In this document: positions 40,872 to 50,779 of the stretch, piece by piece | Position numbering within the stretch: position 1 is the stretch's first letter | Layout: the number at the start of each line of letters is the position of its first letter | Assembly (NCBI GenBank): GCA_039679675.1 | Contig: JBDKUN010000059.1 | Location: forward strand, 145,681 to 209,680 | Length of the DNA: 64,000 nt | DNA from: Armatimonadota bacterium | Lineage (GTDB): Bacteria; Armatimonadota; UBA5829; DTLH01 | Direction of reading: 5' to 3' | The notes under the pieces: model-generated | Told to the model about the DNA's origin: nothing | Databases searched by the model: none | Seen by the model: only the letters and a program-made list of their open reading frames with translations | Program-made: the position numbers and the translations under genes

Positions 40872-40988
40872 TTGCCAATGCCTCCAAATGAAAGAAGAAA
40901 ACAGAATTTAGATGAATTAGCGAAGATTTCTGCTTCAGACTGCCGAAGCATATCTGCACTATTCTCCATAAATCTTTTCTTTCGCCCT

Positions 40989-42140
40989 TTATTCCCTGTT
41001 TCCTATCTCTTCTTTCGTGTTTTCTCCCTTGCGTGCGTTCGTGAGAGAAATTATCTCCCCGGCTTCCCGTTCGTCGGCGATTGTCCCGCCTCCGACCACG
41101 ATCTCACCCTGATACATCACGACAGCCTGCCCCGGAGTTACCGCTCTTTGCGGTTGCTCGAATACAACTTCGGCCATATTTTTGAACAGCCCGCGAACGA
41201 CTGCCGGCGAATCTTTCGTATTATATCTGATCTTTGCGGTAACGGCAAGGGTAGCAGGCAGACTCTCAATCGAGATCAGATTCAGATCTTTTGCTATAAG
41301 TGTTCCAGCAAACAGGTCCTCGTTCGCCCCGACTACGACTGTATTCGTATTACTGTCCACCCTCACTACGTATCTTGGTTCGTGCGAACTGATACCAAGC
41401 CGCTTACGCTGCCCGACAGTATAAAAAGCTATACCCTGGTGCTGGCCAAGCACTTTGCCGTCCATATCGACAACGGGACCCGGCTGTACCAACTCAGGAG
41501 CAACGGTTCTCAGGAAAGCCGGATAGTCCCTACCCGGCACAAAGCAAATCTCCTGACTGTCGGGCTTGTCGGCCACTCTCAGTCCGAGTTCTGCCGCATA
41601 CTTTCGCGTATCGGCTTTCTTCATCCCGCCAAGCGGAAATAAAACCCTCTCCAATTGCGGCTGCGTAAGCGCGTAAAGTGCGTAAGCCTGGTCCTTCGAC
41701 CTGTCCTTACCGCGCAAAAGCAGCCACCTGCCGAGTTCTTCGTCATATCTGACTCCGGCATAATGCCCGGTTGCTATCCTGTCCGCCCCGACCGATTTTG
41801 CCCAATCAATCAGCACATCAAATTTAAGAAACCTGTTGCACCTTATGCATGGGTTCGGGGTATGGCCCCGCTTGTATTCCTCTATGAAATTATTTATAAC
41901 GAATTTATCGAACTGTTCCTGCATCGGAATGACGTAATGGCTGATCCCGAGCTTGGCAGCGACTCTTCTCGCATCTTCAACTGACTCCGGCGTGCAGCAT
42001 GCGCCTGTAGACCGTTCCAAATTCCCTTTAAGCAGGCACATCGTGACACCGATTACTTCATAACCCTGCTCGACAAGGAGTGCCGCGGCAACGGAGCTAT
42101 CGACTCCGCCGCTCATGGCTATTGCTACTCGATTGTTCAT
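40989..42140 (-). CDS. mnmA: tRNA-specific 2-thiouridylase
   Basis: AMSGGVDSS, TPNPCIRCN, ATGHYA, DSQEICF, YTVGQRK, VTPGQ. Confidence 0.97.
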   Translation of the reverse strand: MNNRVAIAMSGGVDSSVAAALLVEQGYEVIGVTMCLLKGNLERSTGACCTPESVEDARRVAAKLGISHYVIPMQEQFDKFVINNFIEEYKRGHTPNPCIRCNRFLKFDVLIDWAKSVGADRIATGHYAGVRYDEELGRWLLLRGKDRSKDQAYALYALTQPQLERVLFPLGGMKKADTRKYAAELGLRVADKPDSQEICFVPGRDYPAFLRTVAPELVQPGPVVDMDGKVLGQHQGIAFYTVGQRKRLGISSHEPRYVVRVDSNTNTVVVGANEDLFAGTLIAKDLNLISIESLPATLAVTAKIRYNTKDSPAVVRGLFKNMAEVVFEQPQRAVTPGQAVVMYQGEIVVGGGTIADEREAGEIISLTNARKGENTKEEIGNRE

Positions 42141-43474
42141 TGCCCCTCGACTTCCTCTGTTCCCTTTCTTATTGCTTCAAGCCGCTTTTTGAACTTTGCC
42201 TCATGGCCTCTTTCCGTCGGTTCATAATACCTGCCGCTTTTAGCATCGTCAGGAACGTACTCCTGAGGAGCGTATCCGCCTGGGAAATCGTGAGGATACT
42301 TGTAGCCCTTGCCATGCCCCAATTTTTTCGCCCCCGGATAGTTCGCATCCCGTAAATGTATCGGAACCGGAGCCGGACGCATATCAACAACATCCGTCAT
42401 AGCCCGGTTGATCCCCATATAGCTTGCGTTGCTCTTCGGCGCGCAGGCCAGATAAATCGCAGCCTGTGCCAGCGGTATCTTCGCTTCCGGCATACCGACA
42501 TACTCAACCGCCTGAGCCGCCGCAGTAGCAACTACAAGTGCCATCGGGTCTGCGTTACCTATGTCTTCCGCGGATTGGATGACTATCCTCCTGGCGATAA
42601 ACCTCGGATCTTCGCCCGCATGCAGCATCCGTGCAAGCCAGTAAAGGGCCGCGTCCGGGTCGGAGCCTCTCATCGATTTTATAAATGCAGAGATCGTATC
42701 ATAATGGTTATCCCCATTTTTGTCGTAGTTCAACACTCTCTGCTGTATAGCTTCCTCAGCAATTTGCAAAGTTACCCGCCGCGTGCCGGCTTCACCCGGA
42801 GTCGTCGTCATAACTGCAAGTTCAAGCGCGTTCAGCGCGTTCCTGGCATCTCCGGCAGCCACATTTACGATATGATCCAGCGCATCCTGATCAATCTCTA
42901 CTTTCAGACTGCCAAGCCCTCTTTCGGTGTCCGAAACGGCAGTTGATATGATCTTTTTGATGTGGTCATCCTTAAGCTGTTCGAATTTAAATATGCGTGA
43001 ACGCGATATGAGCGGTGAATTGACCTCAAAGTAAGGGTTTTCCGTAGTCGCGCCTATCAGGACTATTGTGCCGCTTTCCACATGCGGCAAAAACGCGTCC
43101 TGCTGCGCTTTGTTGAAGCGATGTATCTCATCGACGAATAAAATCGTTTTCTGCCCGTAGGCTTTGCGGCGTTCTTCGGCTTTTGCTACGGCTTTCCTAA
43201 CGTCCGCGATCCCGGATATGACCGCGCTGAAGTTTTCGAACACCGACTGGCTCGTATTTGCAATGATGCCCGCCAGTGTGCTCTTTCCGCAGCCTGGAGG
43301 CCCCCAAAATATAACCGAAGTAAGCTCGTCACGCTCTATGGCACGCCTGAGCAGTTTGTCCGGGCCGAGTATATGCTCCTGCCCCAGGAATTCATTCAGA
43401 GTCCTCGGACGCATCCTTGCTGCAAGCGGCGCACCTGAATCAATCTTGTCTGCCTGATCATCAAATAACGGCAT
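42137..43474 (-). CDS. rarA: Replication-associated recombination protein A
   Basis: [47 protein letters not shown]. Confidence 0.97.
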   Translation of the reverse strand: MPLFDDQADKIDSGAPLAARMRPRTLNEFLGQEHILGPDKLLRRAIERDELTSVIFWGPPGCGKSTLAGIIANTSQSVFENFSAVISGIADVRKAVAKAEERRKAYGQKTILFVDEIHRFNKAQQDAFLPHVESGTIVLIGATTENPYFEVNSPLISRSRIFKFEQLKDDHIKKIISTAVSDTERGLGSLKVEIDQDALDHIVNVAAGDARNALNALELAVMTTTPGEAGTRRVTLQIAEEAIQQRVLNYDKNGDNHYDTISAFIKSMRGSDPDAALYWLARMLHAGEDPRFIARRIVIQSAEDIGNADPMALVVATAAAQAVEYVGMPEAKIPLAQAAIYLACAPKSNASYMGINRAMTDVVDMRPAPVPIHLRDANYPGAKKLGHGKGYKYPHDFPGGYAPQEYVPDDAKSGRYYEPTERGHEAKFKKRLEAIRKGTEEVEGQ

Positions 43475-43546
43475 TTTTGCACTGCTTTCCATAAACAACG
43501 GGAAAGCGTACCACAATTCCGGTAAAACATCAAGCAGATCTCTTTT

Positions 43547-44386
43547 TCACTTTCTGCTCCGCAGTGTGAAGACAGTCACTTCGGGCCTGCATAGGAACCG
43601 GACCGGTACGACAGCCATACCGATTCCTCTGTTCACATACATTTGAGCGTTGCCTTCCCGGTACCATCCGCTGATGTAGGGCGAACCTCTAAGCCCAGGA
43701 AGCTTGTTTCTGGGGATAAACGGGATAGTGTACTGCCCGCCATGAGTATGGCCTGTCAGTGCAAGGCAGTTTTTATCTCTGAAGAGAGGCATGGCAAGCG
43801 GCGAATGAGAGAGAAGTATCTGACCTGCATTTTCGTCAACGCCGGACCATGCGCGATTAACATCGGGATGTCCCGTCCAGACGTCATCAATTCCAATAAC
43901 ATATAATCCGGGTGCTATACGGTGGTTTTTATTGGTCAGAACATGAATCCCTTTTGATTCGAGCGCGCGAGTCACCTTATCAGCCCCGTACCAGCAATCA
44001 TGGTTGCCCATCACTGCATATACGCCCTTAGGTGCTTTCAGTTTTGACAGCATCTCCGCACAAGGCTTCGCGTTTTCGATACCTTTGTTGATAAAATCTC
44101 CGGTTATGACGACTATATCGGGAGATTCTCTGTTGGCCAGCTTTACAGCTTTCTTAATGATGGAGTCGGGTGTTTTGTGGTTTCTATGTGTATCACTGAG
44201 CTGCACCACTTTGAGCCCATCGAGCGAACTCGGCAACCCGTTAAGCTGCACATCATACCGTGTCACCTGTATCCAGCGCGGCTCTATCTTCCTTGCATAA
44301 ACATGAAGGACAGCCGCAAGTATCAGCAGGGCAATTACTACCCGCCCTCTCGTGATGAATCGCCCTTTTCGCCTGTTTAATAGCAA
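43547..44386 (-). CDS. Membrane-anchored calcineurin-like metallophosphoesterase (YkuE/YaeI/LpxG-like)
   Basis: N-terminal TM, SDTH, TGDF, GNHD, SHSP, GHTHGGQ, PEVTVFTL. Confidence 0.9.
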   Translation of the reverse strand: MLLNRRKGRFITRGRVVIALLILAAVLHVYARKIEPRWIQVTRYDVQLNGLPSSLDGLKVVQLSDTHRNHKTPDSIIKKAVKLANRESPDIVVITGDFINKGIENAKPCAEMLSKLKAPKGVYAVMGNHDCWYGADKVTRALESKGIHVLTNKNHRIAPGLYVIGIDDVWTGHPDVNRAWSGVDENAGQILLSHSPLAMPLFRDKNCLALTGHTHGGQYTIPFIPRNKLPGLRGSPYISGWYREGNAQMYVNRGIGMAVVPVRFLCRPEVTVFTLRSRK

Positions 44387-44588
44387 TGTCCGGTTCTCCT
44401 CAGATGTTGTGTACGATTATATCAGGAATAGCTTGCCGATAGCTATTTCCCCTGTAAAGATTTACAGGTGCCCCGCCGATAATTACAAACAGCTAAGCCC
44501 GGCAATATTACCGGCTTCGGAACTCGCGTCATTGACACGAATTTTCAGTCCGTCTAGTAAAGGCGGTACTGTAAGGAGGCGCATATCA

Positions 44589-45680
44589 TTGCAAGCAGTG
44601 ATTCTGGCAGGAGGTAACGGTACACGGTTGCATCCGCTCACCATGAGTGCACCCAAACCGCTGCTTCCACTATTCAGCAAGCCCGTCATGGAGCACTCTA
44701 TTGACCTATTGTGCAGGCATGGGATTCAAGACATCATTGTTGCGCTCTCCGCAGAATCCCAGGAGATCGCAGAACACTTCGGCGATGGCTCCAAATGGGG
44801 TGTAAATATCCGTTATTCCCTTGAGGATGAACCAAAAGGCACAGCAGGTGCAGTCAAGCTCGTTCAGCCTTACATAGATGATACATTCATTGTCGTTTCC
44901 GGAGATGCCGTCACAGATTTCGATCTTACAGCGGCGCTCGATTTCCATAAACGCAAGTCAGCCATTGCAACAATGCTTCTTCATCAAGTGGAAGACCCTA
45001 CCGACTTCGGTATCGTCCAGCATGAGCCTGACGGCAGGATTACCAGGTTCCTCGAAAAGCCGAGGTCCAGTGAAGTTTTTTCTTCCACTATCAATGCAGG
45101 AATTTATATACTTGAGCCTGAAGCATTGAGCTGCATTCCATACTTTACGGTATATGATTTTGCGCGCGACCTGTTCCCCAGGATGCTCCGCAATATGGAG
45201 CCCGTTTATGGCTGCCATCTTCCGGGTTACTGGTGTGACGTCGGTAACCTTAACCAGTACAGAAACGCCCACTTCGATGCATTGACGGGCAAAGCGCAAC
45301 TGGATATAACAGGTTCCGAAGTAGAACCCGGTGTCTGGATCGGCGAAGATGCAGAGGTGCATCAGACCGCTGAGCTGGTGGGACCGCTTTTCCTCGGCAC
45401 AGGCGCTGAAGTAAGGAAAAACGCGACGCTGAAACCGTTCGCCGTAATCGGTGAAAACAGCCTCGTGGACGAGGCAGCAAGTGTCGCAAGAAGCATAGTG
45501 GGAAGCGGCGCGCTGATCGGCAAAGGAACGAGGATTACCGACTGCGTTATCGGCTGCGGTCTAAAGGTAAATGAATTGCAGAGGATGACAAATAGAGTTG
45601 TTCATGAGGATTCCCAGATAGCAATACTTGGCGCCGAACCGATCAATCAGCCGTTAGACTTGAAAATCCCGGCATATTAA
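44589..45680 (+). CDS. NDP-sugar pyrophosphorylase (mannose-1-phosphate guanylyltransferase-like)
   Basis: AVILAGGNGTRLHPLT..PKP, GTAGAVK, EKP, YWCDVG, C-terminal hexapeptides; TTG start behind AGGAGG. Confidence 0.9.
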   Translation: MQAVILAGGNGTRLHPLTMSAPKPLLPLFSKPVMEHSIDLLCRHGIQDIIVALSAESQEIAEHFGDGSKWGVNIRYSLEDEPKGTAGAVKLVQPYIDDTFIVVSGDAVTDFDLTAALDFHKRKSAIATMLLHQVEDPTDFGIVQHEPDGRITRFLEKPRSSEVFSSTINAGIYILEPEALSCIPYFTVYDFARDLFPRMLRNMEPVYGCHLPGYWCDVGNLNQYRNAHFDALTGKAQLDITGSEVEPGVWIGEDAEVHQTAELVGPLFLGTGAEVRKNATLKPFAVIGENSLVDEAASVARSIVGSGALIGKGTRITDCVIGCGLKVNELQRMTNRVVHEDSQIAILGAEPINQPLDLKIPAY

Positions 45681-45695
45681 CAGATATACTCCCAG

Positions 45696-45737
45696 GGCCC
45701 GATCGTCTCCCTCCCCCTTCGACCGGGCCTTCCTTTT
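45696..45737 (+). terminator. Intrinsic terminator with CU-rich loop
   Basis: GGCCCGATCG-TCTCCCTCCCCCTT-CGACCGGGCC-TTCCTTTT. Confidence 0.6.
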
Positions 45738-45743
45738 ACATTA

Positions 45744-48080
45744 CTAAAACTTCATTCCCAGCTTTGCTGTTGCTTTGCATTCCCCATCCGGTAAAAGTGA
45801 GTCCTGTGTAGAATGCATCAGCTCACCGGTTATGGACAGATTGAAACGTGAACCAAGATCGTGCGTGTAACCTATCGAGTAGGTCTTCGTCAATTGGTCC
45901 AGGTCAGCGATAGCTTCAGAGAACTTGAAACCTGTGTTCAGCTTTCCGTTTCCGAAAAGCGGAATGTGCAGTCCAAACTCTTTTTCGATCTGCATATTCC
46001 CGCCTAAGTAGTCCTCTTTCGTTGAGTATCCGCCTGTTATGCCAAGTATACCGATCTTCATCTCCAGACCGAGAGTCGAGCTCGACAACCGCTGCACATT
46101 GCCCTTGTTATCTTCGGGATTATACGAATACTGTCCGGTAACCTTGAAGGATTCGGACGCCCCAAGCGCGAGCTTAAGCGATTTTGTGTCGATATTATCG
46201 GTCAACGGGTTCTCACGGTCTTTATAAGCGCCTGATACTTCCAGAAAGTCCATCGGCTTAACCGTGCCTGAATAGTTCTTCTCGGTCGTAACATTTTGAC
46301 CGTTATCGCACTCCTTATAAGAAGATGCGATCTTCAACTTATCACTCGGAGTAAGTTCGACACCAGCCTCTTTGCTCGTCTGAAGCTGAACATCCACTTC
46401 TTTTTCGCCGAGTCCTGCTGTTATCTTCATAGAATTGGTAGGCTTCGCTTCTACCTTCACCGAACGCTGCTGCTCGTCATTTCCCTGGTCTACCTGCTTG
46501 CCGGAATACGCACCTTCAATCTTCATCTGATCGATAGGCCTAGCCGCGACAGAAACACCAGTAGTGGTTTGGTCTGCATTATCAGCATTATAAAGTGAAA
46601 CACCCGCAGACAGGTCTACCTTGTCAAGAGGATTACTCGTGACTTTTACATCTGTCTTTGAGACCTGCCCATTTCCATCGGAATCGGTGTTCGAATATCC
46701 GGCGTCCAGCGAAAGCCGCTTACTCGGTGTTGCCTTCAACCCCAAATCAAGACCGGTCTCTCCGCCCGCCTTATCGGAATCTTTCCACGACATTTTACTC
46801 TGCAGCCGCATCCAGTCGAACGGATCAGCCATCATTCCTAAAACGGTTCTGGTTTCGGCCCCGGAGGCATCCGAGTCACGGCTCAGATAAGATGCATCCA
46901 TATTCAGCCTGCGCCCCAGAACAGCCTTCGCACCGAAATCGAACCCTGTTTCCTCACCGCTCTTATCGGAGTCTTTCTTAGTGAGTGAGCTCTGTAACTG
47001 CAGATTATCCAGAACAGTAGTATTTACCCCGAATCTTGTAGTCCGGGTCTCTTCACTTGATTGGCCGTTATCAACTTCTGACGTCTGCATCATCGCTGTA
47101 ACGGCTGTTTTCTGCCCGAAACTCTTGTCCAGCTGAAGGCTTTCTACGGTAGTGCCGGTTTTTGTGCCACCGGACTGTTCCTTCTCTGTTGTTGCGCGGG
47201 AGATCGTCATTTTGGGAGCATTCTCCAGGTTCAGCACCACTTTCTGCTCGCCGTTAGTCTGAACCGCGCCCTTTTTGTCACCGCCCAGTTCTTCCTGCTC
47301 CTTATAACTGAACGATGCATAGACCGCATCAGTCTGTTTGCCGAATACGCCGGAAAGATCGGTCATCTCCTTTGCGCTCTGGAACCCATATTCTTTCGCT
47401 GAAGCAAACTGTTCACCTGCTCTTGCAAACGAGCCTTTCAGTGAAAGCCCACCAAGCGCGGTAGCAGCCGAAAACTGCATTGCTGAACGATCATACAAAC
47501 CTATATCTTTACCGCTCTCAGTGCTCTGCTGGCCTACTATGAATTTCGATGATATATCCGAGCTTCCGCCCAGTTTCATCCCGCCGCTCAGTCCATAGAC
47601 CGACATCCCTGTCCCGTTATTCTTGCTGTCGCCTGAACTGTAGAGGCCGATAACATCAAGACTGCCGCTGTCACGGTCGAAAAGCCTCATACTTATCGGA
47701 AGGCTCGTTCCACCGTTTGCCTGCGATTTCCCGATTATACGCTTGTAACTTACCCTTGCGATCTTGTCCTTGGAAAGAGGCGATTGAAGCGTCAAAACCC
47801 CTGAAGAATAGTTGATATTGTAATCCCGGTTGGCTGAAAGGACTTGTCCATCAATCGTAACCGTTTCGCTTCCCTCTTCGATGTTCGTCCAACTCGTAAC
47901 ATACGGGCCGACAGTTCCCTTGCCGATGAAGAGGTCGCTTACCAACTCCGAATTATTGAGAGAGGTTACTGTATTAGGATTTGATGAAGAAAGAGCCTGT
48001 GCTGCAGCCTGCCAGGAGACGAGCAAACACAAACATGCCAGAGACAGCACCAGGCAGATCATCTGTCTGTTGACTCTCAT
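45744..48080 (-). CDS. Large outer-membrane beta-barrel-like protein
   Basis: Signal peptide, many amphipathic beta-hairpins of ~30 aa, C-terminal KLGMKF. Confidence 0.7.
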   Translation of the reverse strand: MRVNRQMICLVLSLACLCLLVSWQAAAQALSSSNPNTVTSLNNSELVSDLFIGKGTVGPYVTSWTNIEEGSETVTIDGQVLSANRDYNINYSSGVLTLQSPLSKDKIARVSYKRIIGKSQANGGTSLPISMRLFDRDSGSLDVIGLYSSGDSKNNGTGMSVYGLSGGMKLGGSSDISSKFIVGQQSTESGKDIGLYDRSAMQFSAATALGGLSLKGSFARAGEQFASAKEYGFQSAKEMTDLSGVFGKQTDAVYASFSYKEQEELGGDKKGAVQTNGEQKVVLNLENAPKMTISRATTEKEQSGGTKTGTTVESLQLDKSFGQKTAVTAMMQTSEVDNGQSSEETRTTRFGVNTTVLDNLQLQSSLTKKDSDKSGEETGFDFGAKAVLGRRLNMDASYLSRDSDASGAETRTVLGMMADPFDWMRLQSKMSWKDSDKAGGETGLDLGLKATPSKRLSLDAGYSNTDSDGNGQVSKTDVKVTSNPLDKVDLSAGVSLYNADNADQTTTGVSVAARPIDQMKIEGAYSGKQVDQGNDEQQRSVKVEAKPTNSMKITAGLGEKEVDVQLQTSKEAGVELTPSDKLKIASSYKECDNGQNVTTEKNYSGTVKPMDFLEVSGAYKDRENPLTDNIDTKSLKLALGASESFKVTGQYSYNPEDNKGNVQRLSSSTLGLEMKIGILGITGGYSTKEDYLGGNMQIEKEFGLHIPLFGNGKLNTGFKFSEAIADLDQLTKTYSIGYTHDLGSRFNLSITGELMHSTQDSLLPDGECKATAKLGMKF

Positions 48081-48232
48081 TCCCTTTCCATCCTCCGAAA
48101 ACCATACGCCAAGCATAATGTGCGGCTACATGTGTATACTACCACATAAATTTGCAGACAACACACCAATTGCAATCTTAACGTATCAAGACGGCATAAT
48201 GACCGAATTATTACCCTTACAACGATTTCTGC

Positions 48233-49003
48233 TTAATCCGGGTCGGATAAATCTATACTCAATCCATCGTATGCAAGCTCTATTCCGGGCGGAAGCTCGT
48301 TGTTCGTGCTTTCATGCTCAAGACGGTGGGACATATGCACAAAGCGTGTCATCCGAGGAGCAAGCTCGGATGATATTTCAACACCTTCACCCAGTGAAAG
48401 GTGCGTTTCATGAGGAATTCGCCGGACTACACCAATTACAAGGAGTTCCAACCCGCGAAGGAGTTCCTTCGATTCATCCGGGATATAGCTGCAATCCGTG
48501 ACATAAGCGAGTTTTCCAATCCTGTAGCCGTATACCGGCATCACGCCGTGCATTACAGGGATCGGTGTTATCTTTATCCCGCCGAACTCGAATGGACAGT
48601 CTATTTGGTTCAACTCGATCTTCGGCTTTCCCCCACCCTCCTGAGTCTCGATGAAAATATATTCGAATGACCGCCTGATGGCATCGAGTGTGTCCTGTGA
48701 TCCGAAGCATGGGATCGATTTCTTTTGCAATTCATTGAACGCACGGACATCGTCCAGGCCGAAGATGTGGTCTGCATGTGCATGCGTAAACAGCACTCCA
48801 TCGAGATAATCTACATTGTTTTTAAGGCATTGGAGCCTGAACTCAGGCGTTGTATCTATGATTATGTGCTTTTCCCCACACGATACCAGCGCGGAAGTCC
48901 TTGTCCGGCGGTTGCGGGGGTCTGATGATGTACAGACCGGGCATTTACAGCCTATCATGGGCACGCCGTGCGATGTTCCTGTGCCGAGAAATGTTATACG
49001 CGT
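48233..49003 (-). CDS. PhnP/YycJ-like metallo-beta-lactamase-fold hydrolase, probable ACG start
   Basis: (M)RITFLGTGTSHGVPMIGCKCPVC, THAHADHIFGLDD, AYVTD, HMSH, LAYDG. Confidence 0.9.
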   Translation of the reverse strand, partial: TRITFLGTGTSHGVPMIGCKCPVCTSSDPRNRRTRTSALVSCGEKHIIIDTTPEFRLQCLKNNVDYLDGVLFTHAHADHIFGLDDVRAFNELQKKSIPCFGSQDTLDAIRRSFEYIFIETQEGGGKPKIELNQIDCPFEFGGIKITPIPVMHGVMPVYGYRIGKLAYVTDCSYIPDESKELLRGLELLVIGVVRRIPHETHLSLGEGVEISSELAPRMTRFVHMSHRLEHESTNNELPPGIELAYDGLSIDLSDPD

Positions 49004-49017
49004 TTTTCTACCCCCAT

Positions 49018-49055
49018 AAAAAAGAGACGTAAGCAGTATACTCGCTACGTCTCTT
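49018..49055 (-). terminator. Intrinsic terminator of the pilin-like operon
   Basis: AAGAGACGTA...TACGTCTCTT followed by a T-tract on the minus strand. Confidence 0.75.
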
Positions 49056-49076
49056 AATCTTCAATATATTATCAGT

Positions 49077-50771
49077 CTAGCTGCCGCCAAGATCCTGCCA
49101 ACTCTTGATAGTAATAGTGACTATCCAGATCGGTTTTGAGCCGGGCAAGCCAGGCGGCAGGTTGTCCGAAAGCTTAGGAACCTGGTAGATATGCGGAACA
49201 TTCTTCATTGAGAAGAAGCTCGTAACGCATGTTCCGGCTATTTCACACTGCTTGCCTATGTCTATACGATACTGTGCATACATGGCAAGCGCCATTGTGA
49301 GTTGCGAATCACCGCTGCCGGTAGCAATCCCCATGTCATGGGCGGCAATAATACCAAGACGGTCGGTCAATGGGAATCCGGTCTTCGGAAGCACATTACA
49401 GTGTATATTCGCGTCATCCGTAGAAAACAGAGTCCCATCGCCTTCATATATAAGGGTGCCGCCCTTCCCATTGATCTCAAGATCACCATTGATCATTACG
49501 ATGCCTGTGGTCTTGAGTAGGCCGGTCGTACTGTCATAAGAAATACTGCCGAACAGATTACTCACATTGAAAGATGTATCACCGATTGCGAGAGAGCCCG
49601 GAATTGAGAGCGAATTCAAGGCAAGATATGCTTTATATGAAGGGTACGGCGGATAAGGATCCATCAATGATGGGAACTGTACCAGGTCATCACCCAGATC
49701 ATATCCGTGCGTATATCCGTTGTCCGAATGGACAGCAACCGTTCCTGCATTTCCGCCGTATCCATCGCTCACATAGGTTCCATCCATCGTCTCTTTGATG
49801 CCATTGCCTGAAGCGTTTGGATAACCTACAACCGCTGAACCGGAAATATTTACCCGGCCATGCTTGACTCTGAGCTTTGCCGACAGTGAACTGACGGTTT
49901 CGCCTCCGAATGTCTTAGTCGGAAGGCTGGGCAGCTTGTTCTGTAGGTTCACCGGCATCCCATCGTAGTTATTGCCGACATCAGCAGTTCCGCCTGTCTC
50001 TGTGGCAATGTCCGTAACCGTCAGTGCAGGGTCTCTTGTTCCGTTACCGTTGACATCTATGAATGGTTCACGTGCGTCACGATGGCCGTCACCATCCACA
50101 TCAGTGTACGTCTCACCAATATCATATTGCCCATTGAAATTTTCATCGGTATATGTTTCGTTGTCGTCCCAGTGCTTGTCTCCATCTATGTCCGTATATT
50201 TTTCGCCGTCTCCCAGAAGATGCACCGAACCGCGCATTCTGACATTGCCGTTAATGCTCTTTCCTGCCTGGCCGACACCTCCGAAGATAACGTTGCTCCA
50301 TGGGTTGACATTTTCAGCCTTTCGCTCGATTAGGACCTTCAGCGTTCTTGATGTTGCAGAAGAGCCATATGTCGCCGTCCCGACACTCGTTATCACAATC
50401 TTTGTTGAATCTCCGCCCCCCGCCGTGCGGACACACACCTTGAACGATTCGCCGGGTGAAATGGTTTCCGTATACCACGTATCTCCGTTGTGATTGTCCG
50501 GGTTGGTGGACGGATGTATGGTACGCCATGAGCCATTGGTTGTACCATCAGGAGCAGTCCCTTTCAAAAGCGATATGGCTCGCTCTACACCTGCTTCCGC
50601 CAGCTCAAGCGCTCTTGCTCTCTGGTAATCAGCTTTGGCTACGGTCAAAGATGACATGCTCATCGTCAAAAACGATATTCCAAATGCCAGAATGATCAAC
50701 AGCGCAAAGAAACCGATGACCATCCCACCGCCTTTATTATTTTTAAGGACCGAATGCTTAAACATTATCAA
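49077..50771 (-). CDS. PilX-like minor pilin / adhesin with Ca-binding repeats
   Basis: KG-hydrophobic helix, ALELAEAGVERA (PilX N-terminus), ITSVG, four 15-aa DxDGDG-like repeats. Confidence 0.75.
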   Translation of the reverse strand: MIMFKHSVLKNNKGGGMVIGFFALLIILAFGISFLTMSMSSLTVAKADYQRARALELAEAGVERAISLLKGTAPDGTTNGSWRTIHPSTNPDNHNGDTWYTETISPGESFKVCVRTAGGGDSTKIVITSVGTATYGSSATSRTLKVLIERKAENVNPWSNVIFGGVGQAGKSINGNVRMRGSVHLLGDGEKYTDIDGDKHWDDNETYTDENFNGQYDIGETYTDVDGDGHRDAREPFIDVNGNGTRDPALTVTDIATETGGTADVGNNYDGMPVNLQNKLPSLPTKTFGGETVSSLSAKLRVKHGRVNISGSAVVGYPNASGNGIKETMDGTYVSDGYGGNAGTVAVHSDNGYTHGYDLGDDLVQFPSLMDPYPPYPSYKAYLALNSLSIPGSLAIGDTSFNVSNLFGSISYDSTTGLLKTTGIVMINGDLEINGKGGTLIYEGDGTLFSTDDANIHCNVLPKTGFPLTDRLGIIAAHDMGIATGSGDSQLTMALAMYAQYRIDIGKQCEIAGTCVTSFFSMKNVPHIYQVPKLSDNLPPGLPGSKPIWIVTITIKSWQDLGGS

Positions 50772-50779
50772 CCCTTACC

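Noticed and set aside
44352..44588. 79-aa N-terminal extension of the NDP-sugar pyrophosphorylase
   Set aside because: The family motif starts at the TTG at 44589 behind AGGAGG; the extension overlaps the divergent gene's start
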